A DNA stretch of 30,993 nt from a virus (IMGVR_UViG_3300037070_004496:1-30993), one strand, 5' to 3'. Positions 1 to 7,895 are shown, numbered from the stretch's first letter. A program made the numbers and translations. The notes: generated by a model not told the origin, from the letters alone.

Positions 1-453
1 CTCCTGGGCATGCAGCCAGAAACTATAGTTGGTTACCACCACCCGGGCGTACTTGGCCCGACGTAACGCATCATAGTAGTGGCAGCCATGATGCTTCAGC
101 AGACACTGGACACCCAGGTGGCAGATGCCCTGCTCCACCGTGACCGGATTCGGGGCCTCCAGCTCGCAGAGGTAATTGCTCTGACCCCGCACGTCCACCA
201 CCATCTCCCGGAAGTCGCCGCTCCGGGTGTGGGCTAATTGGTCCTGGAGTCCACGGGCCGATGTAAGCACGCATACTCGGTCGGGCTCGGCCAGCGCAGC
301 CAGGGCCATGTAGACCAGGCTCTTGCCGCTGCCCGTGGGCATGTTCAGGACCACGAAACGGCTGTCCTGCTCGGCGGCCCAAATCAGTGCATCCAGCTGG
401 TTGTGTCTCCAGTCCACGAATCGGGGCGGGAGCCCCAGGTGCTGCGGCTTCAC
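1..453 (-). CDS. DinG/YoaA/XPD-family SF2 helicase with Fe-S domain, N-terminal part (runs off the window edge; not in the ORF track)
   Basis: Manual translation from GTG at 453: MKPQHLGLPPRFVDWRHNQ...VVLNMPTGSGKSLVY...LQDQL...RGQSNYLCE...GICHLGVQCLLKHHGCHYYDALRRAKYARVVVTNYSFWL. It shows the Q-motif, Walker A, the NYLC motif, four Cys and the VVVTNY motif typical of DinG/Rad3. GGAGGAGG lies just upstream. Confidence 0.85.
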   Translation of the reverse strand, partial: MKPQHLGLPPRFVDWRHNQLDALIWAAEQDSRFVVLNMPTGSGKSLVYMALAALAEPDRVCVLTSARGLQDQLAHTRSGDFREMVVDVRGQSNYLCELEAPNPVTVEQGICHLGVQCLLKHHGCHYYDALRRAKYARVVVTNYSFWLHAQE

Positions 454-566
454 TTCCTCCTCCACAGCCACAGGAGCACGCAGCCCCCAGGCAAAAGAAG
501 CCCGGCAGCGAGCAGGATGAGCAGGACGATGCGGCCCGCTTCCGCGAGCCAGGCCGCCTCCTTCAT
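450..566 (-). CDS. Small membrane protein (38 aa)
   Basis: MKEAAWLAEAGRIVLLILLAAGLLLPGGCVLLWLWRRK; hydrophobic, and its stop overlaps the helicase GTG (GTGA). Confidence 0.5.
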   Translation of the reverse strand: MKEAAWLAEAGRIVLLILLAAGLLLPGGCVLLWLWRRK

Positions 567-588
567 CCAGTCGTGCCGGGCCACAGGG

Positions 589-1182
589 TCACTGCTTCTT
601 CGCTGCGCGGCGGGCGGCCCGCTCCTTGTTCAGACGGGCGGCCTTCTCGTTTCGCTTGTGGAGCCACTTCGTCTTCTTGCTGCCACCCTTCTTCTTCGTC
701 GCCTGCACCTTCGTGTCGTGGGCATCCACCACGGCCTTCAGCGCAGCCGTCGTCTTCAGGCTACGTCGCACGGGCTCGGGCAGCTCGTCCCAGGCCAGGT
801 CCCCGTTCACCACCATCTTGAGGGAACCGATGTAACGACCGTAATGCCCGCGCAGGAACTTCCGGTTCAGGTTCTGGACCGGCTCGTTGCAGGACCCGCA
901 CGCGCAGAGCGGGATGAAACGCTGCTTGGCCTCGGAGAGTGGAGCCACCCGCTTCAGCACGCGCTCGTGCTTCCGCTTCTTGATCGCAGCCTCACGGATC
1001 GCGCGCCGCTTCGCCTTCTTCCGGACAGGCTTGCCCTCCTCGCGGGCCTCGGCCACCTTCCGCTGAAGGGCCTTCACTGCGGCCGGAACCACCCTCATCT
1101 TCGCCTTCGGGGGTGCGGGCTTCGTGGGCAGCGGGCTGTCGTCCGGGTCCGTCTGCTTCTTCACACTCAGGGACATCGCCAT
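589..1182 (-). CDS. Very basic K/R/A-rich protein with a CACGxC...RKFLRGH Zn-binding-like motif; putative DNA-binding protein
   Basis: ORF track 197 aa; GGAGGA RBS; K/A-rich N- and C-terminal tails flank CACGSCNEPVQNLNRKFLRGH. Confidence 0.65.
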   Translation of the reverse strand: MAMSLSVKKQTDPDDSPLPTKPAPPKAKMRVVPAAVKALQRKVAEAREEGKPVRKKAKRRAIREAAIKKRKHERVLKRVAPLSEAKQRFIPLCACGSCNEPVQNLNRKFLRGHYGRYIGSLKMVVNGDLAWDELPEPVRRSLKTTAALKAVVDAHDTKVQATKKKGGSKKTKWLHKRNEKAARLNKERAARRAAKKQ

Positions 1183-1185
1183 GAT

Positions 1186-1545
1186 CTAGTCCTCCACCGG
1201 AGGCCAGTAAGCCACGATAGGTGGCCACAGCCTGACGGTACGAGACATTACCACACTATCGCTCGTTACGTCAACCAGGGGCCAAAACGGTATCGGGCGC
1301 TTACCCCGCTCCAGGCGCAGCACCCGGGTCCCGGGGCTCCAGTCCATGAAGGTGTTCTGGCTGGCAACGAAGTCCCGTCCCCCGAAGGTCACCCGCGTGG
1401 TCCCTCGGGACATCTTGACGTGAGCCCGGCAGGGGGTAATCCGCACTACCTGGGCACGCAGCTCGGTGCCCACGACGCGCACTACGTCCCCAGGCAGACA
1501 GTCTCGGATGTAACGTGGCATTACTTCAACTTGCCAGTGGCGCAT
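1186..1545 (-). CDS. Hypothetical protein (start may be ATG at 1521)
   Basis: Tiles between minus-strand neighbours. Confidence 0.55.
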   Translation of the reverse strand: MRHWQVEVMPRYIRDCLPGDVVRVVGTELRAQVVRITPCRAHVKMSRGTTRVTFGGRDFVASQNTFMDWSPGTRVLRLERGKRPIPFWPLVDVTSDSVVMSRTVRLWPPIVAYWPPVED

Positions 1546-1649
1546 GACAACTGGGTGCTGTCATGCGCCACCAGGCAATGGGATCTACTTCTTCCGCTTG
1601 GTAGCGTACGAGGCACTGTGCCTGAGCACGGACACGGATGCCTTCGATG

Positions 1650-2432
1650 CTACCTTCGGTCTTTTGGGGACGGAGCGTCCGGCAACGTGTTGTCGGGACG
1701 AGCGCCCGAACCGGGCAGCGTGTTGTCCACGCCCGGCTGGGAACCCGGCAACGAGTTGTCCGGCCGCGCACCCGAACCGGGCAGGGTGTTGTCCGGTCTC
1801 GGGTCACCGGGCTTCCAACCCGACCCGGGCAGCGTGTTGTCGATGCCCGCGCCACCGCTCGGCAGCGAGTTGTCCGGCCTCGACCCATCGCCCGGCAACG
1901 AAGGCAGCGAGTTGTCGATGGTCGGAGGCGTACCGGTGGCCGCACCCGAGGGGGTCAGCACGATGCCCGCCGTCTGCGCCTCGTCACGCACGACGGTGAT
2001 GACGGTGGTGGCGACCACCAGCCGTTCCTCGCCCGCGTCCAGGTCCCCGTCGCCTTCGACCTTGAGATCGCAGGAGTGTGCGGAGCCTTCCACGTCGTCA
2101 CCCATCGGCGCGGGGGTGATCGTCGCGTGGAACGGGTCCGCGTCGTCCACCTTGAGGATGCCGACCGCGTTACCTGCGGGCGAGGACGTGAGGCCCCAAC
2201 GAGGCTTCCCGTCGATCTTGGCGGGCGTTACCCCGTCGGCCTTGAAGAACGTTACATGCGCTTCGAGTCCCGGAGAGGATTCTGTCATCTCGGCCATGCT
2301 CTTACTCCCATACTCGGGCCAGAAGGTAATCTGCCCGAGCGAAAGACGAATCACTGGTAGCGCACACTCCACGGACTCGCCGTGGCAGCAGGGGTTCACG
2401 ACTACAACTGTCCGGCAACTGCGATGAGCCAT
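1650..2432 (-). CDS. Hypothetical protein: beta-rich domain followed by a Pro/Gly tail with seven DN[ST]LP repeats
   Basis: GGGAGGGAG RBS before 2432; alternative start at 2298; repeats visible in the translation. Confidence 0.7.
   Translation of the reverse strand: MAHRSCRTVVVVNPCCHGESVECALPVIRLSLGQITFWPEYGSKSMAEMTESSPGLEAHVTFFKADGVTPAKIDGKPRWGLTSSPAGNAVGILKVDDADPFHATITPAPMGDDVEGSAHSCDLKVEGDGDLDAGEERLVVATTVITVVRDEAQTAGIVLTPSGAATGTPPTIDNSLPSLPGDGSRPDNSLPSGGAGIDNTLPGSGWKPGDPRPDNTLPGSGARPDNSLPGSQPGVDNTLPGSGARPDNTLPDAPSPKDRR
1680..1920 (-). repeat. Coding imperfect tandem repeat, (R)PDN[ST]LPGSG-like units, seven copies
   Basis: Recurrent GGCAGCG(T/A)GTTGTC / GGCAACG(T/A)GTTGTC on the plus strand. 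Confidence 0.85.
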
Positions 2433-2470
2433 ACGTTACTCCCTCCCGAAACGGACTCATAGTACTTCCG

Positions 2471-2710
2471 TCACCGTCGCCTCGGTTGAGCCATCGGCAC
2501 CTTGGTCGGGATCATGGGAAGCGTCCCCTCGTGGAGCGCGAGCAGAGCGAGGACGCCCGTGACCAGGCACGCGATGACCAGCATGCCCCACGGCAGGAAC
2601 ACGAAGAACACCCGCCACCGGTACCGCCACAGCTCCCGACGATAGATCCGCTCCTGCTGGTCACGCTCCCGCTGCTCCTCGGCCTTCGCGTTAACCAGCT
2701 TGTCCGTCAC
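2471..2710 (-). CDS. Small membrane protein
   Basis: GTG at 2710 overlaps the upstream stop; hydrophobic segment VFFVFLPWGMLVIACLVTGVLALLAL. Confidence 0.6.
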   Translation of the reverse strand: MTDKLVNAKAEEQRERDQQERIYRRELWRYRWRVFFVFLPWGMLVIACLVTGVLALLALHEGTLPMIPTKVPMAQPRRR

Positions 2711-2901
2711 GGGCGCTCGTCCCAATCGATGCACTCGGGGCACCAGCGAAAGACGAACCAGTGGAGCAGCCGCCGCCACCAGGACCGGCGTCGTAGCTCG
2801 TCCTGGTGCTCAATTGCAGCCTTTCGCCTAACCCACATCGGCTCGGGCTCATCGTGGAGGCGTTCCCACAGGGGGTCATCCTCGTCCAGCATCACCGGCA
2901 T
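2707..2901 (-). CDS. Small hypothetical protein (Trp-rich, C-terminal CxxC)
   Basis: MPVMLDEDDPLWERL...WCPECIDWDERP; coupled to neighbours. Confidence 0.55.
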   Translation of the reverse strand: MPVMLDEDDPLWERLHDEPEPMWVRRKAAIEHQDELRRRSWWRRLLHWFVFRWCPECIDWDERP

Positions 2902-3203
2902 GCTCTCAGCCTGAGTCCCCAGTAAACGAGCGTTACCAGGAATGCTGTGGCCCCGAGCAGCAACCGACGCACGATGTCCCCAGCCTTCTCGTCGCACCGC
3001 AGGTCGGCCAGGTCCATCGGGCTGATGTCGCCAGCATCGGGATTGTCCGTGAAGATCACGCCGTGGTGCCTGTGCTTCACTCCCTTGTGCTTCTTCCACT
3101 CACCGGCGAGATACCCCTCGGCCCGTGACGCGGAGTCGGTCCGGAGCACCTCGATTGCGGCACCGTCCAGTACCGTGTAGACAGTGAACTTCCCTTTGCT
3201 CAT
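2892..3203 (-). CDS. Hypothetical protein with C-terminal membrane anchor
   Basis: MSKGKFTVYTV...LLLGATAFLVTLVYWGL; ATGA overlap with the upstream ORF. Confidence 0.6.
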   Translation of the reverse strand: MSKGKFTVYTVLDGAAIEVLRTDSASRAEGYLAGEWKKHKGVKHRHHGVIFTDNPDAGDISPMDLADLRCDEKAGDIVRRLLLGATAFLVTLVYWGLRLRACR

Positions 3204-3343
3204 CGGTCCCACCTCGGGTACACCTTCCACCAGTCGGGGCGCTGCTTGTAGTAGCTCAGGAAGTGCAGGACCATCCACACATCCCAGATCACGTACGCCA
3301 GCAGCAGCAGCATCGGCCCAAAGAACAGCACTTGCTCCCTCAT
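3200..3343 (-). CDS. Small membrane protein (47 aa)
   Basis: Manual translation MREQVLFFGPMLLLLAYVIWDVWMVLHFLSYYKQRPDWWKVYPRWDR; the stop overlaps the next ATG. Confidence 0.55.
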   Translation of the reverse strand: MREQVLFFGPMLLLLAYVIWDVWMVLHFLSYYKQRPDWWKVYPRWDR

Positions 3344-3368
3344 CGGCCAGGTCCAGCCCGGCCCGGGA

Positions 3369-3995
3369 TCAGTCACCGATTACCTCGGCCAGGCACGCCT
3401 GCCAACGGGCCGACTCCTCGTCGTCCTCACTGGCCAGCCAGTAACGCTGGATTACCTTGCACACACGAGCCTTCTCAGCTTCCACGTCGTGCTGGCCCTG
3501 GCTCACCACAGGAGCGAATCCCAGCCGAGTGTCCGCAGGCAGGGTAAAGAGCGGTACCGCTTGCCCGCCCCCTGAATCGGCATTCAGGATCTCATCGATG
3601 CGCTTGATGGCACCGGCCCGCATGAGGGGGTTCGCGCTCGTCGCGGCTTCCACCAGCAGCTGAGCCCTGGCTCCCGGAGGCAACAGCTCCCGTAGGCTCT
3701 CCTGGTAGTCGTCGGCTTCGTCCCGCAGGATGGCAGCATGGCCAGCGGGGTCTCTCCTACGACGTGGGGACTTTGCGGCCGGGGGGGTTGAGGTGTCCGT
3801 AGCTGGGGGCTTCGCGGGGGGAGGCGTAGACCCGAGCCCCGAAACCCGCGAGCGGTCCAATGGGTCCAGAGCTAGCGCCCGGAGGACAGTCTCCAGCCCC
3901 TTCCCCTCCTGGAACAGAGTGCGCGCCTGATCGATGCAGCTGCGTCTCTCCTCCGGAGTTAGCTTGTACCAACGCCGCAGCTTCAGCACGGTCAC
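3369..3995 (-). CDS. Hypothetical helical protein; possible N-terminal HTH / displaced terminase small subunit
   Basis: 208 aa ORF with a helical N-terminal domain, Pro-rich linker and helical C-terminal domain. The function is inferred only. Confidence 0.5.
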   Translation of the reverse strand: MTVLKLRRWYKLTPEERRSCIDQARTLFQEGKGLETVLRALALDPLDRSRVSGLGSTPPPAKPPATDTSTPPAAKSPRRRRDPAGHAAILRDEADDYQESLRELLPPGARAQLLVEAATSANPLMRAGAIKRIDEILNADSGGGQAVPLFTLPADTRLGFAPVVSQGQHDVEAEKARVCKVIQRYWLASEDDEESARWQACLAEVIGD

Positions 3996-4073
3996 ACTCC
4001 CACAGGAATTCCGCGTCCTCGGCCACCAGCCTGACCCCCTTGCGCTGGAGCCCGTACAGCACCTCGCTGCGGG

Positions 4074-4169
4074 TCACGGCTTCTTCCTCCGCTGGGTACC
4101 CCACACGATGGCCAGGGTAACGAGGAATAGGACCACCAGCTCAGCCGCCCCGAACAGGACCCACTTCAT
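4074..4169 (-). CDS. Small membrane peptide (31 aa)
   Basis: MKWVLFGAAELVVLFLVTLAIVWGTQRRKKP; ATGA-coupled to 4166..4501. Confidence 0.5.
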   Translation of the reverse strand: MKWVLFGAAELVVLFLVTLAIVWGTQRRKKP

Positions 4170-4501
4170 GGCCAGTCCCTATGGATCGTTACCCCGTTAC
4201 CTGCGTGGTAACAAACCTCGATGCTGTTCGCACAGGACACCTTCTCGATCAGGTGCTCGGCCAGGCTGAGCGTGCTGGGCATCGGGTACCAGTGCTTCAC
4301 ATCGTTCTCGGCTTTCTCCACCAGCTCCCGCGCTTCCTGCCCACTGGCCACGCCCCCGTGCTCCGGACTGCTCTCGATCCAGTAGCGGATGGTATAGACC
4401 CATAGCTTCGTGGTAACGCGATATTCCACCACGCGCGTGCGCTGGACGACGTGGACGATCTTGACCGGGTTCTCACTGACCAACTTGATCTCGTCGGCCA
4501 T
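4166..4501 (-). CDS. Hypothetical protein
   Basis: 111 aa, translationally coupled (TGATG). Confidence 0.65.
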   Translation of the reverse strand: MADEIKLVSENPVKIVHVVQRTRVVEYRVTTKLWVYTIRYWIESSPEHGGVASGQEARELVEKAENDVKHWYPMPSTLSLAEHLIEKVSCANSIEVCYHAGNGVTIHRDWP

Positions 4502-4752
4502 CAGTGGCCCGGAACGAACAGCGTCCGGTCCTCCCCGGTGGCCAGCAACCTGCCCACACGCTCCCGAATCACGGCAGCGGCAGCGATCAGCGACACGCCC
4601 AGCTGGTCCATCTCGTGGGGCTCAATCGCAACGGTCATCTTCCGCGTCTTCGTGGCCAGGGTGAAGGCCACACAGTGGCTCCCGTCCTTGCGGCGCGGGT
4701 CGGGAACCTCGGCGATCTCCAGGTTGAAGTGCTCCATTTGGGGTATCGGCAA
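4501..4752 (-). CDS. Hypothetical protein
   Basis: 83 aa, tiles in the operon. Confidence 0.6.
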   Translation of the reverse strand: MPIPQMEHFNLEIAEVPDPRRKDGSHCVAFTLATKTRKMTVAIEPHEMDQLGVSLIAAAAVIRERVGRLLATGEDRTLFVPGH

Positions 4753-4941
4753 TTACACGCCCTCCAGGTTGTCGGTCACGAACTCCACGCGCACCTTGCC
4801 GTCCGTGTCACGGCAACGCTCGTGCTTCCAGAATACATGCTCACCCTGCTCGATCTCCAGGCCACATTGGCAGCAGACGAACTTGACCCGCACGGGCTTC
4901 AGGCAGTTGGTTACTCGCATACGGGGCCGAGGCTCACTCAC
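4753..4941 (-). CDS. Small Zn-ribbon-like protein
   Basis: CCQCGLEIEQGE...HERC; GTGA overlap with the HTH gene stop; GGAGG RBS. Confidence 0.6.
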   Translation of the reverse strand: MSEPRPRMRVTNCLKPVRVKFVCCQCGLEIEQGEHVFWKHERCRDTDGKVRVEFVTDNLEGV

Positions 4942-5375
4942 TTTGGGTAACCTCCGGTACCCGAACGACGAGCCTCCTTCCCTGCCTTCTTCTTCAGACG
5001 CTTGCCCAGGTTGCTCCCTGCCTTCAGGATGCTGGCCAACCTTTCGACCGTTACCCCCAGGAACCCCGCAATCCGGAGCGCACTGGTCAGGCTCATGCCC
5101 TGCTTCCCGGAAAAGATCCGGCTGATCTGGGCGTGGGCAATCTGGGTGCCCCGCGCGACATCGCCATTGGTCAGCCCCTGCGCCTCCAGGATCTCTTGCA
5201 ATCGGGGCAAGGTGGCCTTCACCACACGGGACCCGTCCCAGCTGCCCGGCTTCAGCGGCGCGGGGTCGGCCTCGCGTGCGCGGCCGGGGCTTGTGCTTCT
5301 GGATTGAGGACTGAGGCTTCTGGATTGAGGGCTGGAGTCGGGGCTTGTGGATCGAGGCTCTGATTCAGGTTTCAC
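4938..5375 (-). CDS. Cro/C1 (XRE)-type helix-turn-helix transcriptional regulator
   Basis: RLQEILEAQGLTNGDVARGTQIAHAQISRIFSGKQGMSLTSALRIAGFLGVTVERL matches the XRE HTH pattern; Ser/Pro-repeat N-terminus and basic C-terminus. Confidence 0.85.
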   Translation of the reverse strand: MKPESEPRSTSPDSSPQSRSLSPQSRSTSPGRAREADPAPLKPGSWDGSRVVKATLPRLQEILEAQGLTNGDVARGTQIAHAQISRIFSGKQGMSLTSALRIAGFLGVTVERLASILKAGSNLGKRLKKKAGKEARRSGTGGYPK

Positions 5376-5434
5376 GGGGCTAAAGGCTCCATTCCGGATT
5401 CTGTTTCCTGTACTAGATAACAGGACCGGGTGAC

Positions 5435-5464
5435 ACCCTACTACACCCTCCTTGCACCTGTCAA
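5435..5464 (-). promoter_or_regulatory. Sigma70-like promoter upstream of the HTH gene
   Basis: Minus strand TTGACA (5464-5459), 18 bp spacer, TAGGGT (5440-5435), in an intergenic gap. Confidence 0.55.
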
Positions 5465-5483
5465 CCCCAAAAGGGAGCCCCTC

Positions 5484-5669
5484 TCACCTCCTGGTAACAC
5501 CTCCCGAACCAATGGCAATGCGGAGCACCAGCCAGACCAAGGAACCCATCACCCAAATCACTGTGTAACCTCCAATAGAATGCAACCACAAGAGAACCAG
5601 AAACAGGAGTAAACCCCAAATAAGTCCACCCTCAGGAGCCAATCCCGAAAAGGACTTCACAGGTATCAC
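5484..5669 (-). CDS. Small two-TM membrane protein
   Basis: 61 aa with two hydrophobic stretches; AAGGAG RBS-like sequence. Confidence 0.55.
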   Translation of the reverse strand: MIPVKSFSGLAPEGGLIWGLLLFLVLLWLHSIGGYTVIWVMGSLVWLVLRIAIGSGGVTRR

Positions 5670-5902
5670 TCCTTACACACGGGGCAGGTACCATAGCACA
5701 CAGAGCCCCGCCCGTTGTCCAGGCAAACCCCGTCCTGGAGGTAAGCGTCCAAAGCCCCGGCCAGCTTCACGGCGGCCCGGAGCACGGGACCCCGATCAAA
5801 GGCTTGAATGGCGGTCTCCACCAGCCTGCGGCGCTCCAGCACCTTGCCCCGAATGTCGCTCAGATGAGCACTATTGCGGCCAGGATCAGCCATTTCTTCC
5901 AC
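5666..5902 (-). CDS. Hypothetical protein with C-terminal Cys cluster
   Basis: 78 aa ending CLDNGRGSVCYGTCPVCKE. Confidence 0.5.
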   Translation of the reverse strand: MEEMADPGRNSAHLSDIRGKVLERRRLVETAIQAFDRGPVLRAAVKLAGALDAYLQDGVCLDNGRGSVCYGTCPVCKE

Positions 5903-6345
5903 CCCCGCCCCTTCTTCACAGGCTGATGCGCGTCTGCCCTAGCGGACGTTACCGCATTGGCCATGCATGCCTTGTGTTGAGCATCCAATTCCGGAGCATC
6001 GTGAACGTTGAACCTAAACACTTGATGCCCAAGTCGGACATGGCACACCTCGTGGAGTGCCCACCGGGATAGCTCCTGATTGTCCGCCTTGCCTATCCGG
6101 CGAGGGTCCACCCTGATCTGAGCCCGGCCCGCGACGTTGCTGTCAGGCTCCGTCTGGGCGATCGTGTTGCGGGCGAACCCGGCCGGGATCATGTGCTCAC
6201 TGGTGAAGACTCGGGGGAAGTCGCTGGGGGTCCGCAGCTGTCCCCAAGGGACCCCAACCCGAAGGCTCCATGCCTGTACGTAGTTCTCGAAACGTTGCGT
6301 GGGGCTGGCCGCTGCCAGCACGACTAGACCGATTGCGGGTAACAT
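5860..6345 (-). CDS. Putative exported/membrane-anchored zinc metallopeptidase (HExxHxxxGH)
   Basis: N-terminal signal-like MLPAIGLVVLAAA, motif ALHEVCHVRLGH, C-terminal KKWLILAAIVLI anchor; GAGGAGGAG RBS. Confidence 0.7.
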   Translation of the reverse strand: MLPAIGLVVLAAASPTQRFENYVQAWSLRVGVPWGQLRTPSDFPRVFTSEHMIPAGFARNTIAQTEPDSNVAGRAQIRVDPRRIGKADNQELSRWALHEVCHVRLGHQVFRFNVHDAPELDAQHKACMANAVTSARADAHQPVKKGRGWKKWLILAAIVLI

Positions 6346-6348
6346 GAC

Positions 6349-6525
6349 TTACTCCTCCTCACCCTCAGACGAATAGATGGTTGACGGGTCCTGTCGCTCC
6401 TCCTCCCAATGCCGGATCGTGTGCTTCGCAACGTGGGCTAGGCACACGTCCTCCTTGCACTCCCAGCAATTGTACTCAGGACGTTCACAGGAGCATTCAA
6501 TGCAGACGGTTCGCATCAGTAGCAT
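6349..6525 (-). CDS. Small B-box-like Zn-finger protein
   Basis: CIECSC...CWECKEDVCLAHVAKH; start reassigned to ATG 6525 (RBS GAGAGGGGA). Confidence 0.6.
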   Translation of the reverse strand: MLLMRTVCIECSCERPEYNCWECKEDVCLAHVAKHTIRHWEEERQDPSTIYSSEGEEE

Positions 6526-6692
6526 TCCCCTCTCTTGCCTAGCTTCTCCCCAGCACGGAGGATGCGGGGCGGTCCTGTACGGAACGTTACATCGATCTTG
6601 ACACGCGCTGCCGCGATAGCGGCATCCTCCGCACTGGCGCAGTGCAGGACCACGAACCAACACGATCCGTGCTTCTCCGTTGCATTCTCCAT
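6516..6692 (-). CDS. Small hypothetical protein
   Basis: MENATEKHGSCWFVV...; AAGGGAG RBS before ATG 6692. Confidence 0.55.
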   Translation of the reverse strand: MENATEKHGSCWFVVLHCASAEDAAIAAARVKIDVTFRTGPPRILRAGEKLGKRGECY

Positions 6693-6712
6693 TGGCCTAC
6701 TCCCTTTCGTAT

Positions 6713-6898
6713 TCACCTTGCTCCACAGGATTGGCACGGACGTGCCGAATTGGTGGTAGCAGCCTGCCCAGCCTCGCTCCGTGTCTTGTAACTGATAGTA
6801 CCTCCCGCGTCGCAGGTAGCGCACACGACGCGCCAATCCCCCGGACGTAACTCACCATAGGCACGGGTCCCGACCGCTGAACGTTGATTCAGTCTCAT
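6713..6898 (-). CDS. Small Zn-ribbon protein
   Basis: CATC...CQSC pair; GAGGGAG RBS. Confidence 0.6.
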   Translation of the reverse strand: MRLNQRSAVGTRAYGELRPGDWRVVCATCDAGGTISYKTRSEAGQAATTNSARPCQSCGAR

Positions 6899-6901
6899 TG
6901 G

Positions 6902-7132
6902 CTACTCCCTCTCGTATTCTGCCTTACGGGACAGGGGGCCGGGGCGATGCGTGGCAGCGTACCGCTCACAGATGGAGCGAGCCTCGGCCTCCGTGCAACC
7001 CCGGGCAAGGGTGGTTTTCCTGCCCCCGGAGTTAGGCACCAAACTACGGAAACCCCCCACGAACTGGCTACCCTGCCAGCGGTACCAATTCCGGACGAAT
7101 ACCCGATACGATACTGCGCTACCCTGTTCCAT
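6902..7132 (-). CDS. Hypothetical early protein
   Basis: 76 aa; GGAGGA RBS. Confidence 0.6.
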   Translation of the reverse strand: MEQGSAVSYRVFVRNWYRWQGSQFVGGFRSLVPNSGGRKTTLARGCTEAEARSICERYAATHRPGPLSRKAEYERE

Positions 7133-7143
7133 TCTATCCTCCG

Positions 7144-7350
7144 TTACCCTTCAATGGGTGGCAGAACGGGAAACCACGACGCGAAAGGCTCGATAGCGGA
7201 CGCGTGCTCTGTGTTGTAGTGGAAACAGTAGTTGTCGTCCGGTAAAGGCTCGAAACGGAATGCGGCCGACCGTTCCAGGAATGCAGCAAGCACTTCGCGT
7301 GCCCCGTCCTCCCCACCAATGACAATGCTAGAGTCGAATTGCTTATCCAT
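7144..7350 (-). CDS. Hypothetical early protein
   Basis: 68 aa; AGGAGG RBS. Confidence 0.6.
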   Translation of the reverse strand: MDKQFDSSIVIGGEDGAREVLAAFLERSAAFRFEPLPDDNYCFHYNTEHASAIEPFASWFPVLPPIEG

Positions 7351-7422
7351 GACTTTCTATCCTCCTATAGACAGTTACCCTAATGCGACCCATGCAGAGC
7401 ACGGGCCGGATAGAGCAACCCT

Positions 7423-7869
7423 CTAACGTGCCCAGCCCGACTCCGGGCATCGGCACACCTCGGCCGCCATCATCGGCATGTAGGCCGACCCAACGTTACG
7501 CATGCCAGAGGCTGGAAAGTTGGCCTCGAAATGCTCCGAGCCTGCCCATTTGGCCATCGCCGTGGTGAAGACAGCATCGGGGTTGCGGCGGTAGACCGCG
7601 CGGAAGAAGTCACGGAACCCGTGCCAGCAAACGGCGTTTACCCGACTCGTGTCGCGTGTCGCATTGGCGGACGTGCGCTGATACCGCAGGTCCCCAGCCT
7701 CGCCCGCGCGGCGGTTTCCCTTGGGGGTGAAGGCATCGGGGTTGCTACCCCGGTCGGGGTTCACCTTGACACGGTGGCGCATGGCGGACAGTGAGCGGAT
7801 ATCGAGCGATACCCCGACCTCACGAGCAGCGGACAGTAGGACCTCGGCAGAGACCTTGCTAGCAATCAT
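7423..7869 (-). CDS. Hypothetical early protein
   Basis: 148 aa; GGAGGT RBS; conserved-looking AVCWHGFRDFF segment. Confidence 0.7.
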   Translation of the reverse strand: MIASKVSAEVLLSAAREVGVSLDIRSLSAMRHRVKVNPDRGSNPDAFTPKGNRRAGEAGDLRYQRTSANATRDTSRVNAVCWHGFRDFFRAVYRRNPDAVFTTAMAKWAGSEHFEANFPASGMRNVGSAYMPMMAAEVCRCPESGWAR

Positions 7870-7895
7870 GACATACCTCCATCACAGGTAACGGC

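Noticed and set aside
238-2427. 729-aa plus-strand ORF
   Set aside because: Antisense shadow of the well-formed minus-strand genes (helicase, basic protein, repeat protein); long shadows are common in GC-rich DNA.
3757-4104. ORF overlapping 3369..3995 (possible frameshift fusion from GTG 4077)
   Set aside because: No clear slippery site. It could be a real coupled start, but this cannot be supported from the sequence alone.
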